DNA of 64,000 nucleotides from Reclinomonas americana ATCC 50394 (GCA_048213135.1 PS015009.1:310001-374000); one strand, 5' to 3'. Counted from the first letter of the stretch, positions 18,104 to 28,484 are shown. A program made the numbers and translations. Notes: generated by a model from the sequence alone, not told the origin.

Positions 18104-20881
18104 ATGAAAAGGACAGTTATTCGTCTTACCTCTTTTATTGTGCTGCTTATTGGCGTTTCCCTGCATAGTGCGGGACAGGATCTTCCCAACACTAATTTTT
18201 CCATGGCCAATGTAGGCTCCGGCTGGTCGGAACCCGTTGGCGTCACCTTCTCCAAAACGGGAAGTAAATCTTTTGTGTGGGAAAAAGGCGGTAAAGTATA
18301 TGTGCTCAACCGCGTGGGTACTACTTCCGGTTATACCAAACAAACCACACCTGTACTTGACATTTCACCGGAAGTGGGCAACTGGCGTGATCATGGTTTA
18401 CTGGGCTTTGCCCTTGATCCCAATTTCGATACCAATGGCTTTATCTATCTCCTGTACGTAGTTGACCGGCACTACCTTATTTATTTTGGCACCGGTACTT
18501 ATAATGCCGCCACCAACGATTATTACAAAGCCACCATCGGCCGTATTACCCGTTATAAAACAAAAACAAGCGGCAGTAATCTGGTTGCAGATCTCACCAC
18601 CCGAACCATCCTGCTGGGAGAGACCAAATCCACCGGCATTCCCATCCTGCATGAATCGCATGGTGTGGGTTCACTGGCCTTCGCCGCCGATGGCACCCTG
18701 CTGGCTTCTGCCGGTGACGCGGCCAGTTATAATACCGTTGATGTAGGTAGCCTGTCTGAAACCTATTATTCACAGGCCATAACGGATGGCATTATACGCA
18801 GTAATGAAAATGTGGGTGCCATGCGTTCGCAGATGATCAATTCGCATTGCGGAAAAATATTAAGGCTCGATCCCACAAATGGCAATGGCGTAAGCAGCAA
18901 CCCTTTTTACCAGTCGGGGTCGCCGCGTTCCGCCCAGTCAAGGGTGTGGGCCATGGGCTTCCGTAATCCTTTCCGGTTCAGTGTAAAACCCAACACCGGT
19001 TCCACCAACCCCGCCACCGGCGACCTGGGAGAATTATATGTGGGTGATGTGGGTTGGGATAAGTATGAAGAACTCAACGTGATCAAGGCCAAAGCCACCA
19101 ACTGCGGCTGGCCCATCTTTGAAGGTATTACCGCACAGTCGGGTTACTCCGCTTCGACTACCCTTAACCGTGATGAATCGAATCCGTTGTATGGCGGCGG
19201 ATGTTCGCAACAATACTTCCAGTTCAAACAACTGATACGGCAGGCCAATCTTAACAACAGTACCGCTGTATATAATCCCTGCAACAGTTCCACACTTATC
19301 AGCAGCCCCGCTCCTAACCGTTTCCTGCACCGCATTCCCGTGCTGGACTGGAAACATGGTGAAGACAGCGCCAGGGTAGCTTATTACAACAGCAGTACCT
19401 TAAGGGTAGCGCAGATTGGTTCCGCTTCCTCCAATGTAACCGGTTCGCCTTTCCAGGGCAGTTCCGTTGTGGGTGGATGCTGGTATACCGGAAGCCTCTT
19501 CCCTTCCATGTATAAGAACTCCTACTTTATGGCCGACTATGGCGGCAGTTGGATCAAGAACGTAGTGATGCTGTCGGTTGACAAAGTGGATGAAGTAAGG
19601 AATTTTTCCAACAGCGGTTTTGGGGCCGTGGTATGCATCACCGAGAACCCCGCAGATGGCAGCCTGTTCTGCGCTGATATAGGAACGGGCAATATCGTAC
19701 GTATTGGCTATGGCGGCAACCAGCCTCCGGTAGTAAAAATGGCGTCTGATAAAACTTATGGTACAGCGCCGCTGACCGTATCTTTCAACAGCACCGGTAC
19801 GTACGACCCTGAAGGCGGCGCCCTCACCTATTCCTGGAATTTTGGCGACGGCACCAGTGTGAGCACTGCGGCCAATCCAGGGAATCACGTATTCACCACT
19901 TCCAATGGTCAGCCAAAAAAATTCACGGTTATACTAACGGTGAAGGACAACCAGAATCAAACGAGTGTTGACAGTATTATTATTTCCGCGAACAATACAC
20001 CTCCGGTAGTCACCATTACCAGCCCGGCAAAGAACTCTTTTTACCAGCTGGGAGCAGACACCGCTTATAAACTGCAGGCAACCGTTACTGATGCGCAACA
20101 CAGTTCCGGTCAGCTGAAATATGAATGGCAGGTGGCTTTGCGGCACAATTCACATCAACACGTAGAGCCTATCGACACCAACAAACTCAGCTCTGCCATG
20201 ATCTCCAGGATCGGTTGCAATGGCGATACTTATTACTGGTTCGTTAAACTGACCGTAACCGACGCCGCAGGTTTGTCAACTGTTGATTCATCGCGTATGT
20301 ACCCGCAGTGCGGCGGTCCGCTGCCCGTTGTGCTGACGAGCTTTGATGCCATTACCAGGAACAATGTGAATATACTGAACTGGACTACTTCTTCTGAGAT
20401 CAACCTGCGTATGTTCGAAATTGAAAGAAGTTATGACGGTATTCATTTTGAGACCATCGGCGGTGTAAATGCCAATCGCCTTGCGGGGCCTGGCAATTAT
20501 GAATGGAAAGACGAGAACCACAACAGCGGTTATAATTATTACCGTTTGCGTATGGTGGATTTCAGCGGTTACTATAAATACTCAGCCATTGTAAAAGTGT
20601 TCTGCGGTATCATTACCGGTAACGAACTGGTGGTAAGTCCCAACCCCGCCAACGATTACCTGGTGTGGGGTACACAGCTTCAGCAGGGAGGCATGGCATT
20701 TGTACGGCTGATCAGCAGTAATGGCGCCGTGGTAAAAAAGATGACAGAAAAAACAGTTACCGGCTTCAACAGTTTCAGGATCGACGGACTGCAAAAACTG
20801 CCTGCCGGTTTGTATATTCTTGAGATCAGTACAAACGGAGTGACGAGAAAAAATAAGGTGTTGCTGACAAGAGCATTGTAA
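18104..20881 (+). CDS. T9SS type A cargo: PQQ sugar dehydrogenase-like beta-propeller + PKD + Ig-like domains
   Basis: Signal peptide; GLLGFALDPNF, GKILRLDP, GFRNPFRF, GDVGW; PKD YSWNFGDG; CTD SPNPA...LPAGLYILEI...KVLL. Confidence 0.88.
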   Translation: MKRTVIRLTSFIVLLIGVSLHSAGQDLPNTNFSMANVGSGWSEPVGVTFSKTGSKSFVWEKGGKVYVLNRVGTTSGYTKQTTPVLDISPEVGNWRDHGLLGFALDPNFDTNGFIYLLYVVDRHYLIYFGTGTYNAATNDYYKATIGRITRYKTKTSGSNLVADLTTRTILLGETKSTGIPILHESHGVGSLAFAADGTLLASAGDAASYNTVDVGSLSETYYSQAITDGIIRSNENVGAMRSQMINSHCGKILRLDPTNGNGVSSNPFYQSGSPRSAQSRVWAMGFRNPFRFSVKPNTGSTNPATGDLGELYVGDVGWDKYEELNVIKAKATNCGWPIFEGITAQSGYSASTTLNRDESNPLYGGGCSQQYFQFKQLIRQANLNNSTAVYNPCNSSTLISSPAPNRFLHRIPVLDWKHGEDSARVAYYNSSTLRVAQIGSASSNVTGSPFQGSSVVGGCWYTGSLFPSMYKNSYFMADYGGSWIKNVVMLSVDKVDEVRNFSNSGFGAVVCITENPADGSLFCADIGTGNIVRIGYGGNQPPVVKMASDKTYGTAPLTVSFNSTGTYDPEGGALTYSWNFGDGTSVSTAANPGNHVFTTSNGQPKKFTVILTVKDNQNQTSVDSIIISANNTPPVVTITSPAKNSFYQLGADTAYKLQATVTDAQHSSGQLKYEWQVALRHNSHQHVEPIDTNKLSSAMISRIGCNGDTYYWFVKLTVTDAAGLSTVDSSRMYPQCGGPLPVVLTSFDAITRNNVNILNWTTSSEINLRMFEIERSYDGIHFETIGGVNANRLAGPGNYEWKDENHNSGYNYYRLRMVDFSGYYKYSAIVKVFCGIITGNELVVSPNPANDYLVWGTQLQQGGMAFVRLISSNGAVVKKMTEKTVTGFNSFRIDGLQKLPAGLYILEISTNGVTRKNKVLLTRAL

Positions 20882-20891
20882 TAAGTCAATA

Positions 20892-21329
20892 TTATGCTTT
20901 CTCCAGCAGGAAGGTAACCGGCTGCCTGCGGTAAGCCCTTACCGGTATTCCATCGGCCTGGGCAGGTATCCATTTGGGTGCTTTTTTGATGATGCGGATC
21001 ACTTCTTTTTCCATGCCATAACCGTGGTCGGTCTCGGCCATCACACTATCTACCCGGCCATCGGTGTTCACTACAAATTTTACAACAACCGTGTAAGTGC
21101 CTGCGGGTGCACCTTTTTTTACCGGAACACTGGCTCTCAGGTTTTCCTGCAGGTATTGAATCCATGCTTTATCCCCGCCATCGAAATGCGCTTCCACTTC
21201 TACCTTGGTATATATCTTACCCTCGTCGGCAACCTTCGCCGGTGTTACCTGGGCTGTGGTTCGCATTGTTGCAGAATACAGCAGCAATAATACGATACCT
21301 GCATATCTGAGTGAACGTTTCTTTATCAT
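20892..21329 (-). CDS. TonB C-terminal domain protein
   Basis: VEVEAHFDGG, VVKFVVNTDG, EVIRIIKKAPKWIPA, QPVTF. Confidence 0.85.
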   Translation of the reverse strand: MIKKRSLRYAGIVLLLLYSATMRTTAQVTPAKVADEGKIYTKVEVEAHFDGGDKAWIQYLQENLRASVPVKKGAPAGTYTVVVKFVVNTDGRVDSVMAETDHGYGMEKEVIRIIKKAPKWIPAQADGIPVRAYRRQPVTFLLEKA

Positions 21330-21488
21330 CGGTAGTTGGTTTTTAAATTAGCGCTTCTTCTGCCCGGGGACGTTTTCAGCCCCCGCTATTGCCGCATTTA
21401 CACCCGGCCGGGCACAATTTATACATTTATTTTTGCTGTGGAAATGATAAAAACGAGCAGCGTGCAACAGTTTGGATCATGTTCCTTT

Positions 21489-21554
21489 GTGTCATACCGA
21501 GGTAGCGAGTTATCTATCGGAACGGGAAAAAGATCCCTCCTGCGTCGGGATGAC
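21489..21554. repeat. REP-like palindromic element, copy 2
   Basis: GTGTCATACCGAGGTAGCGAGTTATCT...AGATCCCTCCTGCGTCGGGATGAC; same orientation as copy 1. Confidence 0.8.
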
Positions 21555-21739
21555 CCTTGCCTCAAACTGAGGCACCGCCAAATAGTAGGCATTCCATATT
21601 TCCCGGTTCTGCAAAAAAACAGGAGAAGGAAATAAATAATGAGTATTTTTCGAATGAGGCATATGTCCTGTATCCCGGATCTTGTATCTTATTCTAAACC
21701 CCGTATCATTCACATTCAAATAAACAAACCAAAACAGTT

Positions 21740-22279
21740 ATGAAAAAGTTCTTTAAAATTATCGGCGTTCTTTTACTGCTGGCCATCGCCTTTGTGCTGA
21801 TCGCGGGACTAATCGTTAAAAAAGATTACCATCTCGACAGGAGCATTACCATCAATGCTCCAAAAGATTCTGTATGGCTGTATGTTCAATCCCTGCAGCA
21901 GATGGAAAAATGGAGCCCCTGGCTGGAAGCCGATCCCAATGTAAAAACATCACATGAAGGACAACCGGGCGCCGTGGGTTCCGTATACCGCTGGGACGGC
22001 AATAAGGAAGTAGGCAAAGGAAACCAGACCATTACCAAAACCAACGGACCGGGCAGCATGGACACGCATATTGAATTCATCAAACCTTTCTCCGGACAGG
22101 CAGACGCGTACATCCGACTGAACGATACCACCGGCGGCACCAAAGTTACCTGGGGTTTCGACACCAGGTACAAGTATCCCATGAACGTAATGCAACTGTT
22201 TGTCGATATGGATGGCATGATGAGCAAACAATATGATAAAGGCCTCGGCAAACTGAAAGCCCTCGCTGAGAAAAAATAA
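21740..22279 (+). CDS. SRPBCC (START/polyketide cyclase) family protein
   Basis: RSITINAP, WSPW..DP, G.VGS.Y.W.GN..VG.G, GL..LK. Confidence 0.85.
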   Translation: MKKFFKIIGVLLLLAIAFVLIAGLIVKKDYHLDRSITINAPKDSVWLYVQSLQQMEKWSPWLEADPNVKTSHEGQPGAVGSVYRWDGNKEVGKGNQTITKTNGPGSMDTHIEFIKPFSGQADAYIRLNDTTGGTKVTWGFDTRYKYPMNVMQLFVDMDGMMSKQYDKGLGKLKALAEKK

Positions 22280-22289
22280 TAACTTCACT

Positions 22290-22328
22290 GCCGGCCTGTA
22301 ATGTACTGCACAACAGGCCGGCTTTTTT
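22290..22328 (+). terminator. Intrinsic terminator
   Basis: GCCGGCCTGT...ACAGGCCGGC followed by T6. Confidence 0.8.
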
Positions 22329-22337
22329 ATATCCCAC

Positions 22338-22838
22338 ATGGAATTTATACTTCGCCCCTGGCAACTGGCAGATCTTGATCACCTGGTTGCCGCGGCCAAT
22401 AATTACGAGATCGCCAGGTTCATGACCAACCAGTTTCCGCATCCTTATACCGAAGAAAATGGGAAGGCTTTCATAGAATATGCGCTGAGAAGTATGCCAC
22501 CCAATATTATGGCCATTGTGGTGGATGGCATTCCCGCAGGGGGCATTGGCGTTCACCCGCAAAGCGATATTCATTGCAGGAACGCGGAACTGGGTTACTG
22601 GCTGGCACAACCCTACTGGGGCAGGGGCATTGTTTCAGGGGCTGTAAAACAAATGGTGGAATATGCTTTTGATAACTGGGACATTGACCGGTTATTTGCC
22701 CGCCCGTTTGGCAGTAATACAGCTTCGCAGAAAGTGCTGGAGAAATCTGGTTTTGCACTGGAAGCACGACTGAACAACACCATCTTCAAAAACGGCAGTT
22801 ATGAAGATGAACTCATTTATGCCCTCCGGAAAAAATAA
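22338..22838 (+). CDS. GNAT acetyltransferase (RimJ/RimL type)
   Basis: FPHPYT, AELGYWL..PYWGRG, NTASQKVLEKSGF. Confidence 0.9.
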   Translation: MEFILRPWQLADLDHLVAAANNYEIARFMTNQFPHPYTEENGKAFIEYALRSMPPNIMAIVVDGIPAGGIGVHPQSDIHCRNAELGYWLAQPYWGRGIVSGAVKQMVEYAFDNWDIDRLFARPFGSNTASQKVLEKSGFALEARLNNTIFKNGSYEDELIYALRKK

Positions 22839-22856
22839 TATCTTCGGTTAGCATTC

Positions 22857-23522
22857 ATGTCAGCCTCTTTCATCAATATATACCGGCTCCTTATCTGCAC
22901 AGCAGGCTTTTTCCTGTACAGTTGTCATTCCGGCAATCAGGAGAAGGACGTGATCGGCACCGGATCACAAACCATCCATAAAATCATACCCGACAGTAAT
23001 CGTTACCCCGCCGCTGTCCGCGAACACCGGTTCCTTGCACTGCAAAAAGAGTGGTGTAAAAAACTGAGCCTGTACGAAGCCGGTAATGGTACAGACAGTT
23101 TCGAGGTTCGTCTCTGGAAGGAAAAAGGAGATCATATACCGCTGACACTTACCCTCCTGAAATGGTACAAAGGCAAATGGACAAAATATTGTTACAGTTT
23201 CTTCCAGCGGCATGGCCATACAGGTCCAGCGCAGCAACAGGTCGACAGCTTTTCTGTTCAGACCTGTGACCCGTTGAACAACAACTGGAAATCTTTTCTC
23301 GACAGCCTGGATATTCCTTCTGCCTGGTCACTCCCTTCGCAAAGTGAGTTGCCCGGCAACTATGAAGGTTTACCGGGAGAATCGTTTGTTGTGGAACTCG
23401 TTGATAAAAGAAAATATAAAATTTTGTTTTACGCCGATCCGGCATCCTTTGTGCAGGAGAAAAACCACCGGGTGATCACGAATTTTATCCGGCATTTTAC
23501 CTTGGCCCCCGGTAAACCATAG
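22857..23522 (+). CDS. Hypothetical lipoprotein
   Basis: Lipobox-like FLYSC; ORF in operon position. Confidence 0.6.
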   Translation: MSASFINIYRLLICTAGFFLYSCHSGNQEKDVIGTGSQTIHKIIPDSNRYPAAVREHRFLALQKEWCKKLSLYEAGNGTDSFEVRLWKEKGDHIPLTLTLLKWYKGKWTKYCYSFFQRHGHTGPAQQQVDSFSVQTCDPLNNNWKSFLDSLDIPSAWSLPSQSELPGNYEGLPGESFVVELVDKRKYKILFYADPASFVQEKNHRVITNFIRHFTLAPGKP

Positions 23523-23526
23523 CATT

Positions 23527-23985
23527 ATGGATATTTACACCGTTAACAGCAAACCTTACCGCAGGTTTTTTCTTACGATCATCAGCATGAATGTATTGTT
23601 CATTGCCGGCAGTTACCTGGCTATACAGCAGGGACTGAATGGGATGGCGGCTTTGCTGGGCACCGGTTTTGCCATGCCCCTGCTGGGTTTGATGATCGTG
23701 CTGGCCATAGTACATACCCTGTACCAGCGCCGTCAGCTGGCACAACTCAGTAATTATACCGACTTTGAAGAAAAGTTATCGCGGTACGAGAGGATATACC
23801 GCATCCGTATGCTTTGGTATCTTTTTTCCTGCGTGGTTGCCTGTATCCTGTACCTCATCTTTGAAAGAAAATTATTTCTTCTTTTCGCCCTGCTCGACCT
23901 GGTAACGGCCTTGCCTTTTTACCCGGCGGTGGCGTTGTTCAGGAAGGAGTTAAAAAATGACGAAGTGATAATTACTAGTTACTAA
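23527..23985 (+). CDS. Hypothetical membrane protein
   Basis: Four hydrophobic segments. Confidence 0.65.
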   Translation: MDIYTVNSKPYRRFFLTIISMNVLFIAGSYLAIQQGLNGMAALLGTGFAMPLLGLMIVLAIVHTLYQRRQLAQLSNYTDFEEKLSRYERIYRIRMLWYLFSCVVACILYLIFERKLFLLFALLDLVTALPFYPAVALFRKELKNDEVIITSY

Positions 23986-24083
23986 TGACCAATTACTTTT
24001 CCTACTTCAAAAGTGGATGAGCGATAACAGCAGACAATTAGGGTTAGTTTGCATTAGTAATTAGTAATTGGTCATTAGTAATT

Positions 24084-24118
24084 AAAAAAGGCTTCCATTG
24101 CTGAAAGCCTTCTCTTTT
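24084..24118 (-). terminator. Probable secA terminator
   Basis: AAGGCTT...AAGCCTT stem with A6 (U tail on minus strand). Confidence 0.6.
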
Positions 24119-24145
24119 ATAAAACAACTTATCTAAACAGTCAAA

Positions 24146-27100
24146 CTACGCATCTTTCCCATGACAGGCCTTATACTTCTTACCGCTGCCACATGGACAA
24201 GGGTCGTTCCTTCCAGGTGCTTTTTCAACACGGATGGGTTCCTGTTTTATGGGTGTTGACGGATCGATGTAATCATTTTCCTGGCTGAGGTATTCTTCTC
24301 CGCCGCCTGCATTTTCAAATACTTCTTTACGCTGGCGCATTTTACTCATGTCCGTCTTCTGTTCCCTTCCTTCTTTGATCTGGCCGGCATTGGTTTGTTC
24401 AACCGGTATCTGTGCATGGCAAAGGAAGCTTACGATATCTTTATTCACCTGGTCATCCATTTGTTTGAACGCGGCAAAGGCTTCGATCTTATAGATCACC
24501 AGTGGGTCTTTTTGTTCGTAACCGGCCGTTTGCACACTCTGGCGCAGGTCATCCATGGCACGGAGGTGCTCTTTCCAGGCATCATCGATCAGCGCCAGGG
24601 TAATGCTGCGTTCCAGGGCGTCGTTCAGTTCACGGCCTTCGGTAGCGAGGTATTTATCGAGGTTGGCCAGCGCCTGTATACCTTTTTTACCATCGGTGAA
24701 GGGTACAGCTACATTCTCAATATGATTACCCTGCTCCTTGCGGATGTTTTTAATAATAGGCAGGGTTTGCTGAATGATGGCATCCGTTTTACGGCGGTAT
24801 TGTGTCACCGCTTCGTTGTATAATTTTTCAGCCAGTTCAGCAGGTTGTCCTTTATCGAGCTCTTCTGCTGTAATGGTGGTATCGATACCGAAGTTGACGA
24901 TGGCGGCCAGTTTGAATCCTTCGTGGTCGTTGCCTTCCTTGAAAGAATTGATCAGCCCGTCGGCAACAGAATAGAAAGCGTTGTCAAGATCGAGTGCCAG
25001 CCTTTCACCAAACAGGGCATGGTTACGTTTGCCGTACACCACGTTACGCTGTTTGTTCATTACGTCATCATATTCGAGCAGGCGTTTACGTGTACCGAAG
25101 TTATTTTCTTCCACTTTTTTCTGCGCCCTTTCAATTGATTTGGTGATCATACTGTGCTGGATCACTTCCCCTTCCTTGTAACCCATCCTGTCCATAAGCG
25201 ATGCGATCCTTTCACTGCCGAACATACGCATCAGGTCATCTTCCAGCGATACAAAGAAACTGGAACTGCCCGGGTCACCCTGGCGACCGGCACGACCACG
25301 CAACTGCCTGTCTACACGACGGCTTTCATGCCTTTCCGTACCAATGATGGCCAGGCCCCCGGCTTCTTTTACACCGGGCCCGAGTTTGATATCCGTACCA
25401 CGACCGGCCATGTTGGTAGCGATGGTCACTGCACCGGCGAGACCGGCTTCAGCCACCACCTGCGCTTCCCTGGCGTGTTGTTTGGCGTTGAGTACGTTGT
25501 GCGGAATATTTTTTTGTTTCAGCATCCTCGACAGTAACTCACTCACTTCAACCGAAGTGGTACCTACCAGCGAAGGACGGCCCGCTGCACGAAGTTTTTC
25601 CACTTCATCGATTACCGCTTTGTATTTTTCCCTTTTGGTTTTGTAAACAAGGTCCTGCTCATCTTTACGGATCACTTTTACATTGGTGGGAATGGTTACC
25701 ACATCCAGTTTGTAAATGCTCCAGAATTCAGCAGCTTCTGTTTCCGCCGTACCGGTCATACCACCCAGTTTGTGATACATCCTGAAGTAGTTCTGTAAAG
25801 TAACGGTGGCATAGGTTTGTGTAGACGCTTCAATCTTCACATTCTCTTTGGCTTCAATGGCCTGGTGAAGACCATCGGAGTACCTTCTTCCGTCGAGGAT
25901 ACGGCCGGTTTGTTCATCTACGATTTTTACAGCGTCTTCCATCACTACGTACTCCACATCTTTGTCGAATAAGGTGTAGGCTTTCAGCAATTGCTGTATC
26001 GTGTGAATGCGTTCCGCTTTAACGGAATATTCATTGAGCAGACTTTCCTTGCGGTGCAGTTTTTCTTCTGTATCCATACCCGATTTTTCTATCTCGCCCA
26101 GTTTGGTGGCGATATCGGGCAGCACGAAGAACTCAGGATCTTCACCGCTGCGGGTGATCAGTTGTATACCCTGGTCGGTAAGGTCTACCTGGTTATTTTT
26201 TTCATCAATATTGAAGAACAGGCCGGCATCCACTTTCGGCATTTCCTTTTGCTGGTCGGCCAGGTAATAGTTCTCACTTTTCTGCAGCTTCACCCTGATG
26301 CCCGGTTCGCTGAGGAATTTGATAAGGGCGCTGTTCTTGGGCAGACCGCGGTGTGCCCTCATCAGGGCCAGGCCGCCATCTTTGGGATCATCATTGCCTT
26401 CGGCAATTTTTTTCTTGGCTTCGATCAGGAACTGGTTCACAGCTTTGCGCTGAGCATCCACCAGTTTTTCAATCCTGGGTTTCAGGTCGAAGAACTGCTG
26501 GGTGTTGTCGCTGTGACTCACTGGTCCGCTGATGATGAGTGGTGTACGGGCATCATCGATCAATACGCTATCCACTTCATCCACCATGGCGAAGTGGTGT
26601 TTGCGCTGCACCATTTCTTCGGGGCTGTGCACCATGTTATCCCTCAGGTAATCGAAACCGAATTCGTTGTTGGTACCGTATGTAATGTCGGCATTGTAAG
26701 CATTGCGGCGGGCGTCGCTGTTGGGTTCGTGTTTATCGATACAATCCACTCGGAGACCAAGGAATTCAAACAGCGGTCCGTTCCATTCACTATCCCTGCG
26801 GGCCAGGTAATCATTCACTGTTACAATGTGAACGCCTTCACCCGATAAGGCATTCAGGTAGGCCGGCAGTGTACTTACCAGTGTTTTACCTTCACCGGTA
26901 GCCATTTCCGATATCTTACCGGAGTGGAGTACCGAACCACCGATGAGCTGTACATCGTAGTGTACCATGTTCCAGGTTACCGTACCACCTGCGGCTGTCC
27001 AGCTGTTTTTATAAATAGCTTTATCACCTTCAATGATCACGTTATCTTTCTTCGCGGCCAGTTGCCTGTCCAGCTCCGTAGCGGTGCTTTCCAGTGTTTC

Positions 27101-27478
27101 ATTTTCCTTGAAACGGCGGCTGGCTTCTTTCACCGTGGCAAAGCCTTCGGGCAGTAATTCCAGCAATATCACTTCCAGCTGCTTATCCTTTTCCTTTTTC
27201 AGTTCATCAATCTCTTTATAGATATTGTCGCGGCTGGCCATATCGGATACCGGCAGTTCATCGGCGAGTTGTTTTTTATCGGCGATCTGCTGGTTGATAC
27301 CGGAAAGATGGGCGGCGATGCGTTCCCTGAATTCATTGGTCTTGTTCCTGAGCTGGTCATTGCTCAGTGACTGGTATTGTGCAAAAAACTGGTTGATCTT
27401 TTCCACCTGCGGTGTGATCTTCTTTACGTCCTTCTCACTCTTGCTGCCGCCAAAAAGCCTTGAAATAGTGCCTAGCAT
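24146..27478 (-). CDS. secA: Preprotein translocase ATPase SecA
   Basis: EMATGEGKT, VTVNDYLA, DEVDSVLIDDARTPLIISG, TNMAGRGTDI, QLRGRAGRQGDPG, C-terminal GRNDPCPCGSGKKYKACH; start MLGTISRLFG. Confidence 0.98.
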   Translation of the reverse strand: MLGTISRLFGGSKSEKDVKKITPQVEKINQFFAQYQSLSNDQLRNKTNEFRERIAAHLSGINQQIADKKQLADELPVSDMASRDNIYKEIDELKKEKDKQLEVILLELLPEGFATVKEASRRFKENETLESTATELDRQLAAKKDNVIIEGDKAIYKNSWTAAGGTVTWNMVHYDVQLIGGSVLHSGKISEMATGEGKTLVSTLPAYLNALSGEGVHIVTVNDYLARRDSEWNGPLFEFLGLRVDCIDKHEPNSDARRNAYNADITYGTNNEFGFDYLRDNMVHSPEEMVQRKHHFAMVDEVDSVLIDDARTPLIISGPVSHSDNTQQFFDLKPRIEKLVDAQRKAVNQFLIEAKKKIAEGNDDPKDGGLALMRAHRGLPKNSALIKFLSEPGIRVKLQKSENYYLADQQKEMPKVDAGLFFNIDEKNNQVDLTDQGIQLITRSGEDPEFFVLPDIATKLGEIEKSGMDTEEKLHRKESLLNEYSVKAERIHTIQQLLKAYTLFDKDVEYVVMEDAVKIVDEQTGRILDGRRYSDGLHQAIEAKENVKIEASTQTYATVTLQNYFRMYHKLGGMTGTAETEAAEFWSIYKLDVVTIPTNVKVIRKDEQDLVYKTKREKYKAVIDEVEKLRAAGRPSLVGTTSVEVSELLSRMLKQKNIPHNVLNAKQHAREAQVVAEAGLAGAVTIATNMAGRGTDIKLGPGVKEAGGLAIIGTERHESRRVDRQLRGRAGRQGDPGSSSFFVSLEDDLMRMFGSERIASLMDRMGYKEGEVIQHSMITKSIERAQKKVEENNFGTRKRLLEYDDVMNKQRNVVYGKRNHALFGERLALDLDNAFYSVADGLINSFKEGNDHEGFKLAAIVNFGIDTTITAEELDKGQPAELAEKLYNEAVTQYRRKTDAIIQQTLPIIKNIRKEQGNHIENVAVPFTDGKKGIQALANLDKYLATEGRELNDALERSITLALIDDAWKEHLRAMDDLRQSVQTAGYEQKDPLVIYKIEAFAAFKQMDDQVNKDIVSFLCHAQIPVEQTNAGQIKEGREQKTDMSKMRQRKEVFENAGGGEEYLSQENDYIDPSTPIKQEPIRVEKAPGRNDPCPCGSGKKYKACHGKDA

Positions 27479-27832
27479 AACGTTCTTTGTTATTGGGTAT
27501 GTGTATATACGTTTAGTGTTCTGCCTCCCGGCTTCAAATATGGTGCTGGAAAGCCCCCGGAGCCAAATTGACAGGGGCAGCGAAGTTACTAAATGTTTGC
27601 CGTATGGGATTGTGAAGGTTTTGATAAGGACTTTGTGCCGGGAGGGCGTTAAATGCGTAAAAAAGAAACCGGTAGCCACCGGACCTGGGGGTCAGTTTCC
27701 TGTCCTGCGGCTAAAAAGGCAGTTGATGGAAAAATCCGACTAACTTTTTGCCAGACATGAGTAAAAAATAAAATCTGTTCCGGGTAAACAATCTGGTTTT
27801 CAGCTTGTTTCGTATTTGTATAAAACAGCTTT

Positions 27833-28432
27833 ATGAAGAATATGCTCCTCCTGATCGTATTGGGTCTTACAACTTTAACATCGGCTGCCCAGCAGAACAG
27901 CGATGCCCTGTACCGTTTCGAAAAACAACGGGTTCAGTATACAAAGAACGCCATGCTGATACTGGGCGGATGGTCGGCCGTGAACCTTACGGTGAGCGCT
28001 TTTGCCACCAAAACGCATAACCGGGAGATGCGGTATTTTCACCAGATGAACGTGATGTGGAACAGCATCAACCTGGGGTTCGCGGCCATGGGATACTGGG
28101 GCGCCGGGAAAGAAAATATCAAAAATCCTACGCTGCGGAGTGTACTTAAGCACCAGAACGGTTCTGAAAAGACATTCCTGTTTAATGCAGGACTGGATTG
28201 CGCCTATATCGCCACCGGTCTTTACCTCACCGAAAGAAGCAAGAGCCGGGTTGACCCCGCCAAACTGAAAGGTTATGGCAATGCCATTATGTTCCAGGGC
28301 GGCTTCCTGCTGCTGTTCGACGGGGTGAATTATTTCATTCATAACCGGCATGGGAAGAAACTCAATGCCATGCTGGACAAGGTGGAATTATCAGGAGGCC
28401 CCGGTCAGTTGTCCCTGGTATGCAGGTTATAA
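27833..28432 (+). CDS. Conserved exported/membrane protein (DUF6992-like)
   Basis: Signal peptide; YFHQMN..WN and FNAGLD motifs recalled from Bacteroidota proteins. Confidence 0.6.
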   Translation: MKNMLLLIVLGLTTLTSAAQQNSDALYRFEKQRVQYTKNAMLILGGWSAVNLTVSAFATKTHNREMRYFHQMNVMWNSINLGFAAMGYWGAGKENIKNPTLRSVLKHQNGSEKTFLFNAGLDCAYIATGLYLTERSKSRVDPAKLKGYGNAIMFQGGFLLLFDGVNYFIHNRHGKKLNAMLDKVELSGGPGQLSLVCRL

Positions 28433-28458
28433 TAGTTTTTATGCGTTTAGTGATACAG

Positions 28459-28484
28459 GCGTTACCGAGAGGTGACGCTTTTTT
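28459..28484 (+). terminator. Intrinsic terminator
   Basis: GCGTTACC-gaga-GGTGACGC followed by T6. Confidence 0.8.

Noticed and set aside
21336-21635. 99-aa ORF in the TonB-SRPBCC gap
   Set aside because: Runs through the REP-like element and a promoter-like region; composition is not protein-like.
27479-27679. 67-aa N-terminal extension of SecA in the ORF track
   Set aside because: SecA-like sequence starts at MLGTISRLFG, and the extension spans a promoter-like box.
27676-27695. CAGGTCCGG resembling the SRP RNA core
   Set aside because: The following AAGGAAGCAG of the conserved domain IV is absent.
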